64,000 nt of DNA. It comes from Eledone cirrhosa. Taxonomy: Eukaryota. The notes beneath the pieces are model-generated. The model searched no databases. It had not been told where the DNA came from and was given only the letters and a program-made list of their open reading frames with translations. The stretch covers positions 168,640,001 to 168,704,000 of the forward strand of contig OZ024742.1 in the NCBI GenBank assembly GCA_964016885.1, written 5' to 3'. This document shows, piece after piece, positions 39,885-53,900 of the stretch. A program made the translations under genes and the position numbers. Each line of letters starts with the position of its first letter. Within the stretch, counting starts at the first letter, position 1.

Positions 39885-42800
39885 AATCATTAAAATCCCA
39901 TTAAAAATACATTAAAGGCCCATTAAAAACGCCATAAAAAATCCATTAAAAAAAATCCATTAAAAAAAAATTCAATCAAAAACCCATAAAAGAAACATTA
40001 AAACAGCATTTAAAAAACCCATTAAAAATTCATTAAAAAAATCCATTAAAAAAATCCATTAAAAATCCATTAAAAATCCATTAAAAATCCATTAAAAATC
40101 CATTAAAAATAATCCATTAAAAAAATCCATTAAAAAAATCCATTAAAAAATTCATTTAAAAATCCATTAAAAAAAATCCATTAAAAAAAACTCAATCAAA
40201 AACCCATAAAAGAAACATTAAAACAGCATTTAAAAAAGCCATTAAAAAAAATCCATTTAAAAAAATCCATTAAAAAAGCCATTAAAAATACATTAAAAAT
40301 CCATTAAAAATCCATTAAAAATCCATTAAAAATCCATTAAAAATCCATTAAAAATCCATTAAAAAATCCATTTAAAAAAATCCATTAAAAAAATCCATTA
40401 AAAAAATCCATTTAAAAAATCCATTTAAAAAATCCATTTAAAAAATCCATTAAAAAAAATCCATTAAAAAAAATCCATAAAAAAAATCCATTAAAAAAAT
40501 CCATTAAAAAAAATCCGTTAAAAAAAATCCATTAAAAATCCATTAAAAATCCATTAAAAATCCATTAAAAATCCATTAAAAAATCCATTTAAAAAAATCC
40601 ATTAAAAAAATCCATTAAAAAAATCCATTTAAAAAATCCATTAAAAAAATCCATGAAAAAAAAATCCATTAAAAAAAAAATCCATTAAAAAAAATCAATT
40701 TAAAAAAATCCATTAAAAATCCATTAAAAAAAATCCATTTAAAAAATCCATTAAAAACCCATTAAAAATCAATTAAAAATCCATTAAAAATCCATTAAAA
40801 AATCCATTTAAAAAACCCATTAAAAAAATCCATTAAAAAAATCCATTTAAAAAATCCATTAAAAAAAATCCATTAGAAAAAAACCCATTAAAAAAAATCC
40901 ATTAAAAAAAATCCATTTAAAAAAATCCATTAAAAAAAATCCATTAAAAAAATCCATAAAAAAATCCATTAAAAAAATCCATTAAAAAAATCCATTAAAA
41001 AAATCCATTAAAAATCCATTAAAAAAAATCCATTAAAAAAATCCATTTAAAAAAATCCATTAAAAAAAATCCATTAAAAAAAATCCATAAAAAAATCCAT
41101 TAAAAAAATCCATTAAAAAAAATCCATTAAAAAATTTCATTAAAAATCCATTAAAAAATCCATTTAAAAAAATCCATTTAAAAATCCATTAAAAACCCAT
41201 TAAAATCCATTAAAAATCCATTAAAAATCCATTTAAAAAATCCATTAAAAAAAATCCATTAAAAACACCCATTAAAAAAATCCATTAAAAAAATCCATTT
41301 AAAAAAATCCATTAAAAAAATCCATTAGAAAAAACCCATTAAAAAAAATCCATTAAAAAAATCCATTTAAAAAAATCCATTAAAAAAAATCCATTAAAAA
41401 AATCCATAAAAAAATCAATTAAAAAAATCCATTAAAAAAAATCCATTAAAAAAATCCATTAAAAATCCATTAAAAAAATCCATTTAAAAAAATCCATTTA
41501 AAAATCCATTAAAAACCCATTAAAATCCATTAAAAATCCATTAAAAATCCATTTAAAAAATCCATTAAAAAAAATCCATTAAAAACACCCATTAAAAAAA
41601 ATCCATTAAAAAAATCCATTTAAAAAAATCCATTAAAAAAATCCATTAAAAAAATCCATAAAAAAATCCATTAAAAAAATCCATTAAAAAAATCCATTAA
41701 AAAAATCCATTAAAAATCCATTAAAAAAATCCATTTAAAAAAATCCATTTAAAAATCCATTAAAAACCCATTAAAATCCATTAAAAATCCATTAAAAAAT
41801 CCATTTAAAAAACCCATTAAAAAAATCTATGAAAAAAATCCATTTAAAAAATCCATTAAAAAAAATCCATTTAAAAAAACCCATTAAAAAAATCCATTAA
41901 AAAAATCCATTTAAAAAATCCATTAAAAAAAATCCATTAAAAAAAATCCATAAAAAAAATCCATTAAAAAAAATCCATTAAAAAAAAATCCGTTAAAAAA
42001 AAATCCATTAAAAAAAAATCCGTTAAAAAAAATCCATTAAAAGCTCAATCAAAAACCCATTAAAAACGCCATAAAAATCATTAAAATCCCATTAAAGATA
42101 CATTAAAGGCCCATTAAAAACGCCATAAAAAATCCATTAAAAAAATCCATTAAAAAAAACTCAATCAAAAACCCATAAAAGAAACATTAAAACAGCATTT
42201 AAAAAATCCATTAAAAATCCATTAAAAAAATCCATTTAAAAAAATCCATTAAAAAATCCATTAAAAATCCATTAAAAATCCATTAAAAATCCATTAAAAA
42301 CCCATTAAAAATCCATTAAAAATCCATTAAAAATCCATTAAAAAATCCATTTAAAAAAATCCATTTAAAAAATCCATTTAAAAAACCCATTACAAAAAAT
42401 CCATTAAAAAAAATCCATTAAAAAAAAAGCCATTAAAAAAAATCCAATAAAAAAAATCCATTAAAAATCCATTAAAAAATCCATTTAAAAAAAATCCATT
42501 AAAAATCCATTAAAAATCCATTAAAAAATCCATTTAAAAAACCCATTAAAAAAATCCATTAAAAAAAACTCAATCAAAAACCCATAAAAGAAACATTAAA
42601 ACAACATTTAAAAAATCCATTAAAAAAATCCATTTAAAAAAATCCATTAAAAAATCCATTAAAAATCCATTAAAAATCCATTAAAAATCCATTAAAAATC
42701 CATTAAAAATCCATTAAAAATCCATTAAAAAATCCATTTAAAAAAATCCATTAAAAAATCCATTTAAAAAATCCATTAAAAAAATCCATTAAAAAAAAAT

Positions 42801-45800
42801 CCATTAAAAAAAAATCCATTAAAAAAAATCAATTTAAAAAAATCCATTAAAAATCCATTAAAAAAATCCATTAAAAAAAATCCATTAAAAACCCATTAAA
42901 AACAAATTAAAAACCCATTAAAAATCCATTAAAAATCCATTAAAAATCCATTTAAAAAACCCATTTAAAAAAATCCATTAAAAAAAATCCATTTAAAAAA
43001 TCCATTAAAAAAAATCCATTAAAAAAACCCATTAAAAAAATCCATTAAAAAAATCCATTTAAAAAATCCATTATCAAAAATTCATTAAAAAAAATCCATA
43101 AAAAAATCCATTAAAAAAATCCATTAAAAAAAATCCATTAAAAAAAATCCATTAAAAATCCATTAAAAAAATCCATTTAAAAAAATCCATTAAAAAATCC
43201 ATTAAAAAACCCATTAAAAATCCATTAAAAATCCATTAAAAATCCATTAAAAATCCATTTAAAAAACCCATTAAAAAAATCCATTTAAAAAATCCATTAA
43301 AAAAATCCATTAAAAAAACCCATTAAAAAAAATCCATTAAAAAAATCCATTAAAAAAATCCATTAAAAAAAAATCCGTTAAAAAAATCCATTAAAAATCC
43401 ATTAAAAAATCCATTAAAAAAATCCATTTAAAAAAATCCATTAAAAAAATCCATTTAAAAAATCCATTAAAAAAAATCCATTAAAAAAAAACCCATTAAA
43501 AAAAAATCCATTAAAAAAATCCATTTAAAAAATCCATTAAAAAAATCCATTAAAAAAAATCCATAAAAAAATCCATTAAAAAAAGTCCATTAAAAAAACC
43601 CATTAAAAAAAATCCATTAAAAAATCAATTAAAAACCCATTAAAAATCCATTAAAAATCCATTAAAAATCCATTAAAAATCCATTTAAAAAAATCCATTT
43701 AAAAAATCCATTAAAAAAATCCATTTAAAAAATCCATTAAAAAAAATCCATTAAAAAAAAATCCATTAAAAAAAATCCATTAAAAAAAATCAATTTAAAA
43801 AAATCCATTAAAAATCCATTAAAAAAATCCATTTAAAAAAATCCATTAAAAACCCATTAAAAATCCATTAAAAATCCATTAAAAAATCCATTTAAAAAAC
43901 CCATTAAAAAAAATCCATTAAAAAAAACCCATTAAAAAATCCATTAAAAAAATCCATTTAAAAAATCCATAAAAAAAAATCCATTAAAAAAATCCATAAA
44001 AAAATCCATTAAAAAAAGCCATTAAAAAAAAATCCATTAAAAAAAATCCATTAAAAATCCATTAACAAAATCCATTTAAAAAAATCCATTAAAAAATCCA
44101 TTAAAAACCCATTAAAAATCCATTAAAAATCCATTAAAAATCCATTAAAAAATCCATTTAAAAAACCATTAAAAAAATCCATTAAAAAAATCCATTTAAA
44201 AAATCCATTAAAAAAATCCATTTAAAAAACCCATTAAAAAAAACCCATTAAAAAAATCCATTTAAAAAATCCATTAAAAAAAATCCATTAAAAAAATCCA
44301 TAAAAAAAATCCATTAAAAAAAATCCATTAAAAAAAAATCCGTTAAAAAAATCCATTAAAAAAAAATCCGTTAAAAAAAATCCATTAAAAGCTCAATCAA
44401 AAACCCATTAAAAACGCCATAAAAATCATTAAAATCCCATTAAAGATACATTAAAGGCCCATTAAAAACGCGATAAAAAATCCATTAAAAAAATCCATTA
44501 AAAAAAAATCAATCAAAAACCCATAAAAGAAACATTAAAACAACATTTAAAAAATCCATTAAAAATCCATTAAAAAATCCATTTAAAAAAATCCATTAAA
44601 AAAAATCCTTTTAAAAAATCCATTTAAAAAATCCATTAAAAAAAATCCATTAAAAATATCCATTTAAAAAAAAAGCCATTAAAAAAAATCCATTAAAAAA
44701 AATCCATTAAAAATCCATTAAAAATCCATTTAAAAAATCCATTAAAAAATCCATTAAAAACCCATTAAAAATCCATTAAAAATCCATTAAAAATCCATTA
44801 AAAAATCCATTTAAAAAACCCATTAAAAAAATCCATTAAAAAAATCCATTTAAAAAATCCATTAAAAAAAATCCATTTAAAAAAACCCATTAAAAAAAAT
44901 CCATTAAAAAAATCCATTTAAAAAATCCATTAAAAAAAATCCATAAAAAAATCCATTAAAAACAATCCATTAAAAAAAAATCCGTTAAAAAAAATCCATT
45001 AAAAATCCATTAAAAATCCATTAAAACATCCATTTAAAAAAATCCATTAAAAAAATCCAAAAAAATCAATTAAAAAAATCCATTAAAAAAAATCCATTAA
45101 AAACAAAATCCATTAAAAAAAATCAATTTAATAAAATCCATTAAAAATCCATTAAAAAAATCCATTAAAAACCCATTAAAAATCCATTAAAAATCCATTA
45201 AAAATCCCTTAAAAATCCATTAAAAATCCATTAAAAATCCATTAAAAAATCCATTTAAAAAAATCCATTAAAAAAATCAATTAAAAAAATACATTTAAAA
45301 AATCCATTTAAAAAATCCATTAAAAAAAAATCCATTAAAAAAAAATCCATTAAAAAAAAAATCCATTAAAAAAAATCCATTTAAAAAATCCATTAAAAAT
45401 CCATTAAAAAAATCCATTTAAAAAAAGCCATTAAAAACCCATTAAAAATCCATTAAAAATCCATTAAAAATCCATTAAAAAATCCATTTAAAAAACCCAT
45501 TAAAAAAATATATTAAAAAAACCCATTAAAAAAATCCATTAAAAAAATCCATTTAAAAAATCCATTAAAAAAAATTCATTAAAAAAAAATCCATAAAAAA
45601 ATCCATTAAAAAAATCCATTAAAAAAAATCCATTAAAAAAAATCCATTAAAAATCCATTAAAAAAATCCATTTAAAAAAATCCATTAAAAAATCCATTAA
45701 AAAACCCATTAAAAATCCATTAAAAATCCATTAAAAAGCCATTAAAAATCCATTTAAAAAACCCATTAAAAAAATCCATTTAAAAAATCCATTAAAAAAA

Positions 45801-47900
45801 TCCATTAAAAAAACCCATTAAAAAAAATCCATTAAAAAAATCCATTAAAAAAATCCATTAAAAAAAAATCCGTTAAAAAAAATCCATTAAAAATCCATTA
45901 AAAAATCCATTAAAAAAATCCATTTAAAAAAATCCATTAAAAAAATCCATTTAAAAAATCCATTAAAAAAAATCCATTAAAAAAAAACCCATTAAAAAAA
46001 AATCCATTAAAAAAATCCATTTAAAAAATCCATTAAAAAAATCCATTAAAAAAAATCCATAAAAAAATCCATTAAAAAAAGTCCATTAAAAAAACCCATT
46101 AAAAAAAATCCATTAAAAAATCAATTAAAAACCCATTAAAAATCCATTAAAAATCCATTAAAAATCCATTAAAAATCCATTTAAAAAAATCCATTTAAAA
46201 AATCCATTAAAAAAATCCATTTAAAAAATCCATTAAAAAAAATCCATTTAAAAAAAATCCATTAAAAAAAATCCATTAAAAAAAATCAATTTAAAAAAAT
46301 CCATTAAAAATCCATTAAAAAAATCCATTTAAAAAAATCCATTAAAAACCCATTAAAAATCCATTAAAAATCCATTAAAAAATCCATTTAAAAAACCCAT
46401 TAAAAAAAATCCATTAAAAAAAACCCATTAAAAAATCCATTAAAAAAATCCATTTAAAAAATCCATAAAAAAAAATCCATTAAAAAAATCCATAAAAAAA
46501 TCCATTAAAAAAATCCATTAAAAAAAAATCCATTAAAAAAAATCCATTAAAAATCCATTAACAAAATCCATTTAAAAAAATCCATTAAAAAATCCATTAA
46601 AAACCCATTAAAAATCCATTAAAAATCCATTAAAAATCCATTAAAAAATCCATTTAAAAAACCATTAAAAAAATCCATTAAAAAAATCCATTTAAAAAAT
46701 CCATTAAAAAAATCCATTTAAAAAACCCATTAAAAAAAACCCATTAAAAAAATCCATTTAAAAAATCCATTAAAAAAAATCCATTAAAAAAATCCATAAA
46801 AAAAATCCATTAAAAAAAATCCATTAAAAAAAAATCCGTTAAAAAAATCCATTAAAAAAAAATCCGTTAAAAAAAATCCATTAAAAGCTCAATCAAAAAC
46901 CCATTAAAAACGCCATAAAAATCATTAAAATCCCATTAAAGATACATTAAAGGCCCATTAAAAACGCGATAAAAAATCCATTAAAAAAATCCATTAAAAA
47001 AAAATCAATCAAAAACCCATAAAAGAAACATTAAAACAACATTTAAAAAATCCATTAAAAATCCATTAAAAAATCCATTTAAAAAAATCCATTAAAAAAA
47101 ATCCTTTTAAAAAATCCATTTAAAAAATCCATTAAAAAAAATCCATTAAAAATATCCATTTAAAAAAAAAGCCATTAAAAAAAATCCATTAAAAATCCAT
47201 TAAAAATCCATTTAAAAAATCCATTAAAAAATCCATTAAAAACCCATTAAAAATCCATTAAAAATCCATTAAAAATCCATTAAAAAATCCATTTAAAAAA
47301 CCCATTAAAAAAATCCATTAAAAAAATCCATTTAAAAAATCCATTAAAAAAAATCCATTTAAAAAAACCCATTAAAAAAAATCCATTAAAAAAATCCATT
47401 TAAAAAATCCATTAAAAAAAATCCATAAAAAAATCCATTAAAAACAATCCATTAAAAAAAAATCCGTTAAAAAAAATCCATTAAAAATCCATTAAAAATC
47501 CATTAAAACATCCATTTAAAAAAATCCATTAAAAAAATCCAAAAAAATCAATTAAAAAAATCCATTAAAAAAAATCCATTAAAAACAAAATCCATTAAAA
47601 AAAATCAATTTAATAAAATCCATTAAAAATCCATTAAAAAAATCCATTAAAAACCCATTAAAAATTCATTAAAAATCCATTAAAAATCCCTTAAAAATCC
47701 ATTAAAAATCCATTAAAAATCCATTAAAAAATCCATTTAAAAAAATCCATTAAAAAAATCAATTAAAAAAATACATTTAAAAAATCCATTTAAAAAATCC
47801 ATTAAAAAAAAATCCATTAAAAAAAAATCCATTAAAAAAAAAATCCATTAAAAAAAATCCATTTAAAAAATCCATTAAAAACCCATTAAAAATCCATTAA
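39829..47900. repeat. HOR unit D, C-type, truncated by the switch to the second HOR family
   Basis: Colinear with unit C (islands at 42043, 44391, 46887) until ~47.9 kb. The right boundary is approximate. Confidence 0.8.
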
Positions 47901-50900
47901 AAATCCATTAAAAATCCATTTAAAAAACCCATTAAAAAATCCATTTAAAAAATCCATTAAAAAAAAGCCATTAAAAACCCATTAAAAATCCATTAAAAAT
48001 CCATTAAAAATCCATTAAAAAATCCATTTAAAAAACCCATTAAAAAAATATATTAAAAAAATCCATTTAAAAAATCCATTAAAAAAAATCCATTAAAAAA
48101 AACCCATTAAAAAAAATCCATTTAAAAAAATCCATTAAAAAATCCATTAAAAACCCATTAAAAATCCATTAAAAATCCATTAAAAATCCATTTAAAAAAC
48201 CCATTAAAAAATCCATTTAAAAAATCCATTAAAAAAAATCCATTTAAAAAAACCCATTAAAAAAAATCCATTAAAAAACCCATTTAAAAAATCCATTAAA
48301 AAAAATCCATTAAAAAAATCCATTTAAAAAAATCCATAAAAAAAAATCCGTTAAAAAAAATCCATTAAAAATCCATTAAAAATCCATTAAAAATCCATTA
48401 AAAATCCATTAAAAAATCCATTTAAAAAAATCCATTAAAAAAATCCATTAAAAAAATCCATTTAAAAAATCCATTAAAAAAAATCCATTAAAAAAAAATC
48501 CATTAAAAAAAATCCATTTAAAAAAATCAATTTAAAAAAATCCATTAAAAATCCATTAAAAAAATCCATTTAAAAAAATCCATTAAAAACCCATTAAAAA
48601 TCCATTAAAAATCCATTAAAAATCCATTAAAAATCCATTTAAAAAACCCATTAATAAAATTCCATTAAAAAAATCCATTTAAAAAATCCATTAAAAAAAT
48701 CCATTAAAAAAAACCCATTAAAAAAAATCCATTAAAAAATCCATTTAAAAAATCCATTAAAAAATCCATTAAAAAAGTCCATTAAAAATCCATTAAAAAA
48801 ATCCATTTAAAAAAAATCCATTAAAAACCCATTAAAAATCCATTAAAAATCCATTAAAAAATCCATTAAAAAAAATTCAATCAAAAACCCATAAAAGAAA
48901 CATTAAAACAGCATTTAAAAAACCCATTAAAAATTCATTAAAAAAATCCATTTAAAAAATCCATTAAAAATCCATTAAAAATCCATTAAAAATCCATTAA
49001 AAATCCATTAAAAATCTATTAAAAATCCATTAAAAATCCATTAAAAATCCATTAAAAATCCATTTAAAAAAATCCATTAAAAAAATCCATTAAAAAATCC
49101 ATTTAAAAAATCCATTAAAAAAAATCCATTAAAAAAAACTCAATCAAAAACCCATAAAAGAAACATTAAAACACAGCATTTAAAAATCCATTAAAAAAAT
49201 CCATTAAAAAAAATCCATTAAAAAATCCATTAAAAATCCATTAAAAATCCATTAAAAATCCATTTAAAATCCATTAAAAATCCATTAAAAAATTCATTTA
49301 AAAAAATCCATTAAAAAAATCCATTAAAAAAATCAATTTAAAAAAATCCATTAAAAATCCATTAAAAAAATCCATTTAAAAAAATCCATTAAAAACCCAT
49401 TAAAAATCCATTAAAAATCCATTAAAAAATCCATTTAAAAAACCCATTAAAAAAAATCAATTAAAAAAAACCATTTAAAAAATCCATTAAAAAAATCCAT
49501 TAAAAAAAACCCATTAAAAAAAATCCATTAAAAAAATCCATTTAAAAAATCCATTAAAAAAAAATCCATTAAAAAAAATCCATAAAAAAATCCATTAAAA
49601 AAATCCATTTAAAAAAATCCATAAAAAAAAATCCGTTAAAAAAAATCCATTAAAAATCCATTAAAAATCCATTAAAAATCCATTAAAAATCCATTAAAAA
49701 ATCCATTTAAAAAAATCCATTAAAAAAATCCATTAAAAAAATCCATTTAAAAAATCCATTAAAAAAAATCCATTAAAAAAAAATCCATTAAAAAAAATCC
49801 ATTTAAAAAAATCAATTTAAAAAAATCCATTAAAAATCCATTAAAAAAATCCATTTAAAAAAATCCATTAAAAACCCATTAAAAATCCATTAAAAATCCA
49901 TTAAAAATCCATTAAAAATCCATTTAAAAAACCCATTAATAAAATTCCATTAAAAAAATCCATTTAAAAAATCCATTAAAAAAATCCATTAAAAAAAACC
50001 CATTAAAAAAAATCCATTAAAAAATCCATTTAAAAAATCCATTAAAAAATCCATTAAAAAAGTCCATTAAAAATCCATTAAAAAAATCCATTTAAAAAAA
50101 ATCCATTAAAAACCCATTAAAAATCCATTAAAAATCCATTAAAAAATCCATTAAAAAAAATTCAATCAAAAACCCATAAAAGAAACATTAAAACAGCATT
50201 TAAAAAACCCATTAAAAATTCATTAAAAAAATCCATTTAAAAAATCCATTAAAAATCCATTAAAAATCCATTAAAAATCCATTAAAAATCCATTAAAAAT
50301 CTATTAAAAATCCATTAAAAATCCATTAAAAATCCATTAAAAATCCATTTAAAAAAATCCATTAAAAAAATCCATTAAAAAATCCATTTAAAAAATCCAT
50401 TAAAAAAAATCCATTAAAAAAAACTCAATCAAAAACCCATAAAAGAAACATTAAAACACAGCATTTAAAAATCCATTAAAAAAATCCATTAAAAAAAATC
50501 CATTAAAAAATCCATTAAAAATCCATTAAAAATCCATTAAAAATCCATTTAAAATCCATTAAAAATCCATTAAAAAATTCATTTAAAAAAATCCATTAAA
50601 AAAATCCATTAAAAAAATCAATTTAAAAAAATCCATTAAAAATCCATTAAAAAAATCCATTTAAAAAAATCCATTAAAAACCCATTAAAAATCCATTAAA
50701 AATCCATTAAAAAATCCATTTAAAAAACCCATTAAAAAAAATCAATTAAAAAAAACCATTTAAAAAATCCATTAAAAAAATCCATTAAAAAAAACCCATT
50801 AAAAAAAATCCATTAAAAAAATCCATTTAAAAAATCCATTAAAAAAAAATCCATTAAAAAAAATCCATAAAAAAATCCATTAAAAAAATCCATTAAAAAA

Positions 50901-53900
50901 AAATCCATTAAAAAAAATCCATTAAAAATCCATTAAAAAAATCCATTTAAAAAAATCCATTAAAAAATCCATTAAAAACCCATTAAAAATCCATTAAAAA
51001 TCCATTAAAAATCCATTAAAAAATCCATTTAAAAAACCCATTAAAAAAATCCATTAAAAAAATCCATTTAAAAAATCCATTTAAAAAATCCATTAAAAAA
51101 AATCCATTTAAAAAAACCCATTAAAAAAAATCCATTAAAAAAATCCATTTAAAAAATCCATAAAAAAAAATCCATAAAAAAAATCCATTAAAAAAAATCC
51201 ATTAAAAAAAAAATCCGTTAAAAAAAATCCATTAAAAATCCATTAAAAATCCATTAAAAATCCATTAAAAATCCATTAAAAATCCATTTAAAAAAATCCA
51301 TTTAAAAAATCCATTAAAAAAATCCATTTAAAAAATCCATTAAAAAAAATCCATTAAAAAAAAATCCATTAAAAAAAATCCATTAAAAAAAATCAATTAA
51401 AAAAAATCCATTAAAAATCCATTAAAAAAATCCATTTAAAAAAATCCATTAAAAACCCATTAAAAATCCATTAAAAATCCATTAAAAAATCCATTTAAAA
51501 AACCCATAAAAAAAAATCCATTAAAAAAAACCCATTAAAAAATCCATTAAAAAAATCCATTTAAAAAATCCATAAAAAAAAATCCATTAAAAAAATCCAT
51601 AAAAAAATCCATTAAAAAAATCCATTAAAAAAAAATCCATTAAAAAAAATCCATTAAAAATCCATTAACAAAATCCATTTAAAAAAATCCATTAAAAAAT
51701 CCATTAAAAACCCATTAAAAATCCATTAAAAATCCATTAAAAATCCATTAAAAAATCCATTTAAAAAACCATTAAAAAAATCCATTAAAAAAATCCATTT
51801 AAAAAATCCATTAAAAAAATCCATTTAAAAAACCCATTAAAAAAAACCCATTAAAAAAATCCATTTAAAAAATCCATTAAAAAAATCCATTAAAAAAATC
51901 CATAAAAAAAATCCATTAAAAAAAATCCATTAAAAAAAAATCCGTTAAAAAAAATCCATTAAAAAAAAATCCGTTAAAAAAAATCCATTAAAAGCTCAAT
52001 CAAAAACCCATTAAAAACGCCATAAAAATCATTAAAATCCCATTAAAGATACATTAAAGGCCCATTAAAAACGCGATAAAAAATCCATAAAAAAAAAATC
52101 AATCAAAAACCCATAAAAGAAACATTAAAACAACATTTAAAAAATCCATTAAAAATCCATTAAAAAATCCATTTAAAAAAATCCATTAAAAAAAATCCTT
52201 TTAAAAAATCCATTTAAAAAATCCATTAAAAAACATCCATTAAAAATATCCATTTAAAAAAAAAGCCATTAAAAAAAATCCATTAAAAAAAATCCATTAA
52301 AAATCCATTAAAAATCCATTTAAAAAATCCATTAAAAAATCCATTAAAAACCCATTAAAAATCCATTAAAAATCCATTAAAAATCCATTAAAAAATCCAT
52401 TTAAAAAACCCATTAAAAAAATCCATTTAAAAAATCCATTAAAAAAAATCCATTTTAAAAAACCAATTAAAAAAAATCCATTAAAAAAATCCATTTAAAA
52501 AATCCATTAAAAAAAATCCATAAAAAAATCCATTAAAAACAATCCATTAAAAAAAAATCCGTTAAAAAAAATCCATTAAAAATCCATTAAAAATCCATTA
52601 AAACATCCATTTAAAAAAATCCATTAAAAAAATCCAAAAAAATCAATTAAAAAAATCCATTAAAAAAAATCCATTAAAAACAAAATCCATTAAAAAAAAT
52701 CAATTTAATAAAATCCATTAAAAATCCATTAAAAAAATCCATTAAAAACCCATTAAAAATCCATTAAAAATCCATTAAAAAATCCATTTAAAAAACCCAT
52801 TAAAAAAAATCCATTAAAAAAATCCATTTAAAAAATCCATAAAAAAAAATCCATTAAAAAAAACCCATTAAAAAAAATCCATTAAAAAAATCCATTTAAA
52901 AAATCCATTAAAAAAAATCCATTAAAAAAAAATCCATAAAAAAATCCATTAAAAAAATCCATTAAAAAAAATCCATTAAAAAATATCCATTAAAAATCCC
53001 TTAAAAATCCATTAAAAATCCATTAAAAATCCATTAAAAAATCCATTTAAAAAAATCCATTAAAAAAATCCATTAAAAAAATCCATTTAAAAAATCCATT
53101 TAAAAAATCCAATAAAAAAAATCCATTAAAAAAATCCATTAAAAAAAAAGCCATTAAAAAAAAATCCATTAAAAAAAATCCATTAAAAATCCATTAAAAA
53201 ATCCATTTAAAAAAATCCATTAAAAAATCCATTAAAAATCCATTAAAAATCCATTAAAAAATCCATTTAAAAAACCCATTAAAAAAAATCCATTAAAAAA
53301 AACTCAATCAAAAACCCATAAAAGAAACATTAAAACAACATTTAAAAAATCCATTAAAAAAATCCATTAAAAAAAATCCATTAAAAAATCCATTAAAAAT
53401 CCATTAAAAATCCATTAAAAATCCATTAAAAATCCCTTAAAAATCCATTAAAAATCCATTAAAAAATCCATTTAAAAAAATCCATTAAAAAAATCCATTA
53501 AAAAAATCCATTTAAAAAATCCATTAAAAAAAAATCCATTTAAAAAAAATCCATTAAAAAAAAATCCATTAAAAAAAAATCAATTTAAAAAAATCCATTA
53601 AAAATCCATTAAAAAAATCCATTAAAAAAAAATCCATTAAAAAAAATCCATTAAAAATCCATTAACAAAATCCATTTAAAAAAATCCATTAAAAAATCCA
53701 TTAAAAACCCATTAAAAATCCATTAAAAATCCATTAAAAATCCATTAAAAAATCCATTTAAAAAACCATTAAAAAAATCCATTAAAAAAATCCATTTAAA
53801 AAATCCATTAAAAAAATCCATTTAAAAAACCCATTAAAAAAAAACCATTAAAAAAATCCATTTAAAAAATCCATTAAAAAAAATCCATTAAAAAAATCCA

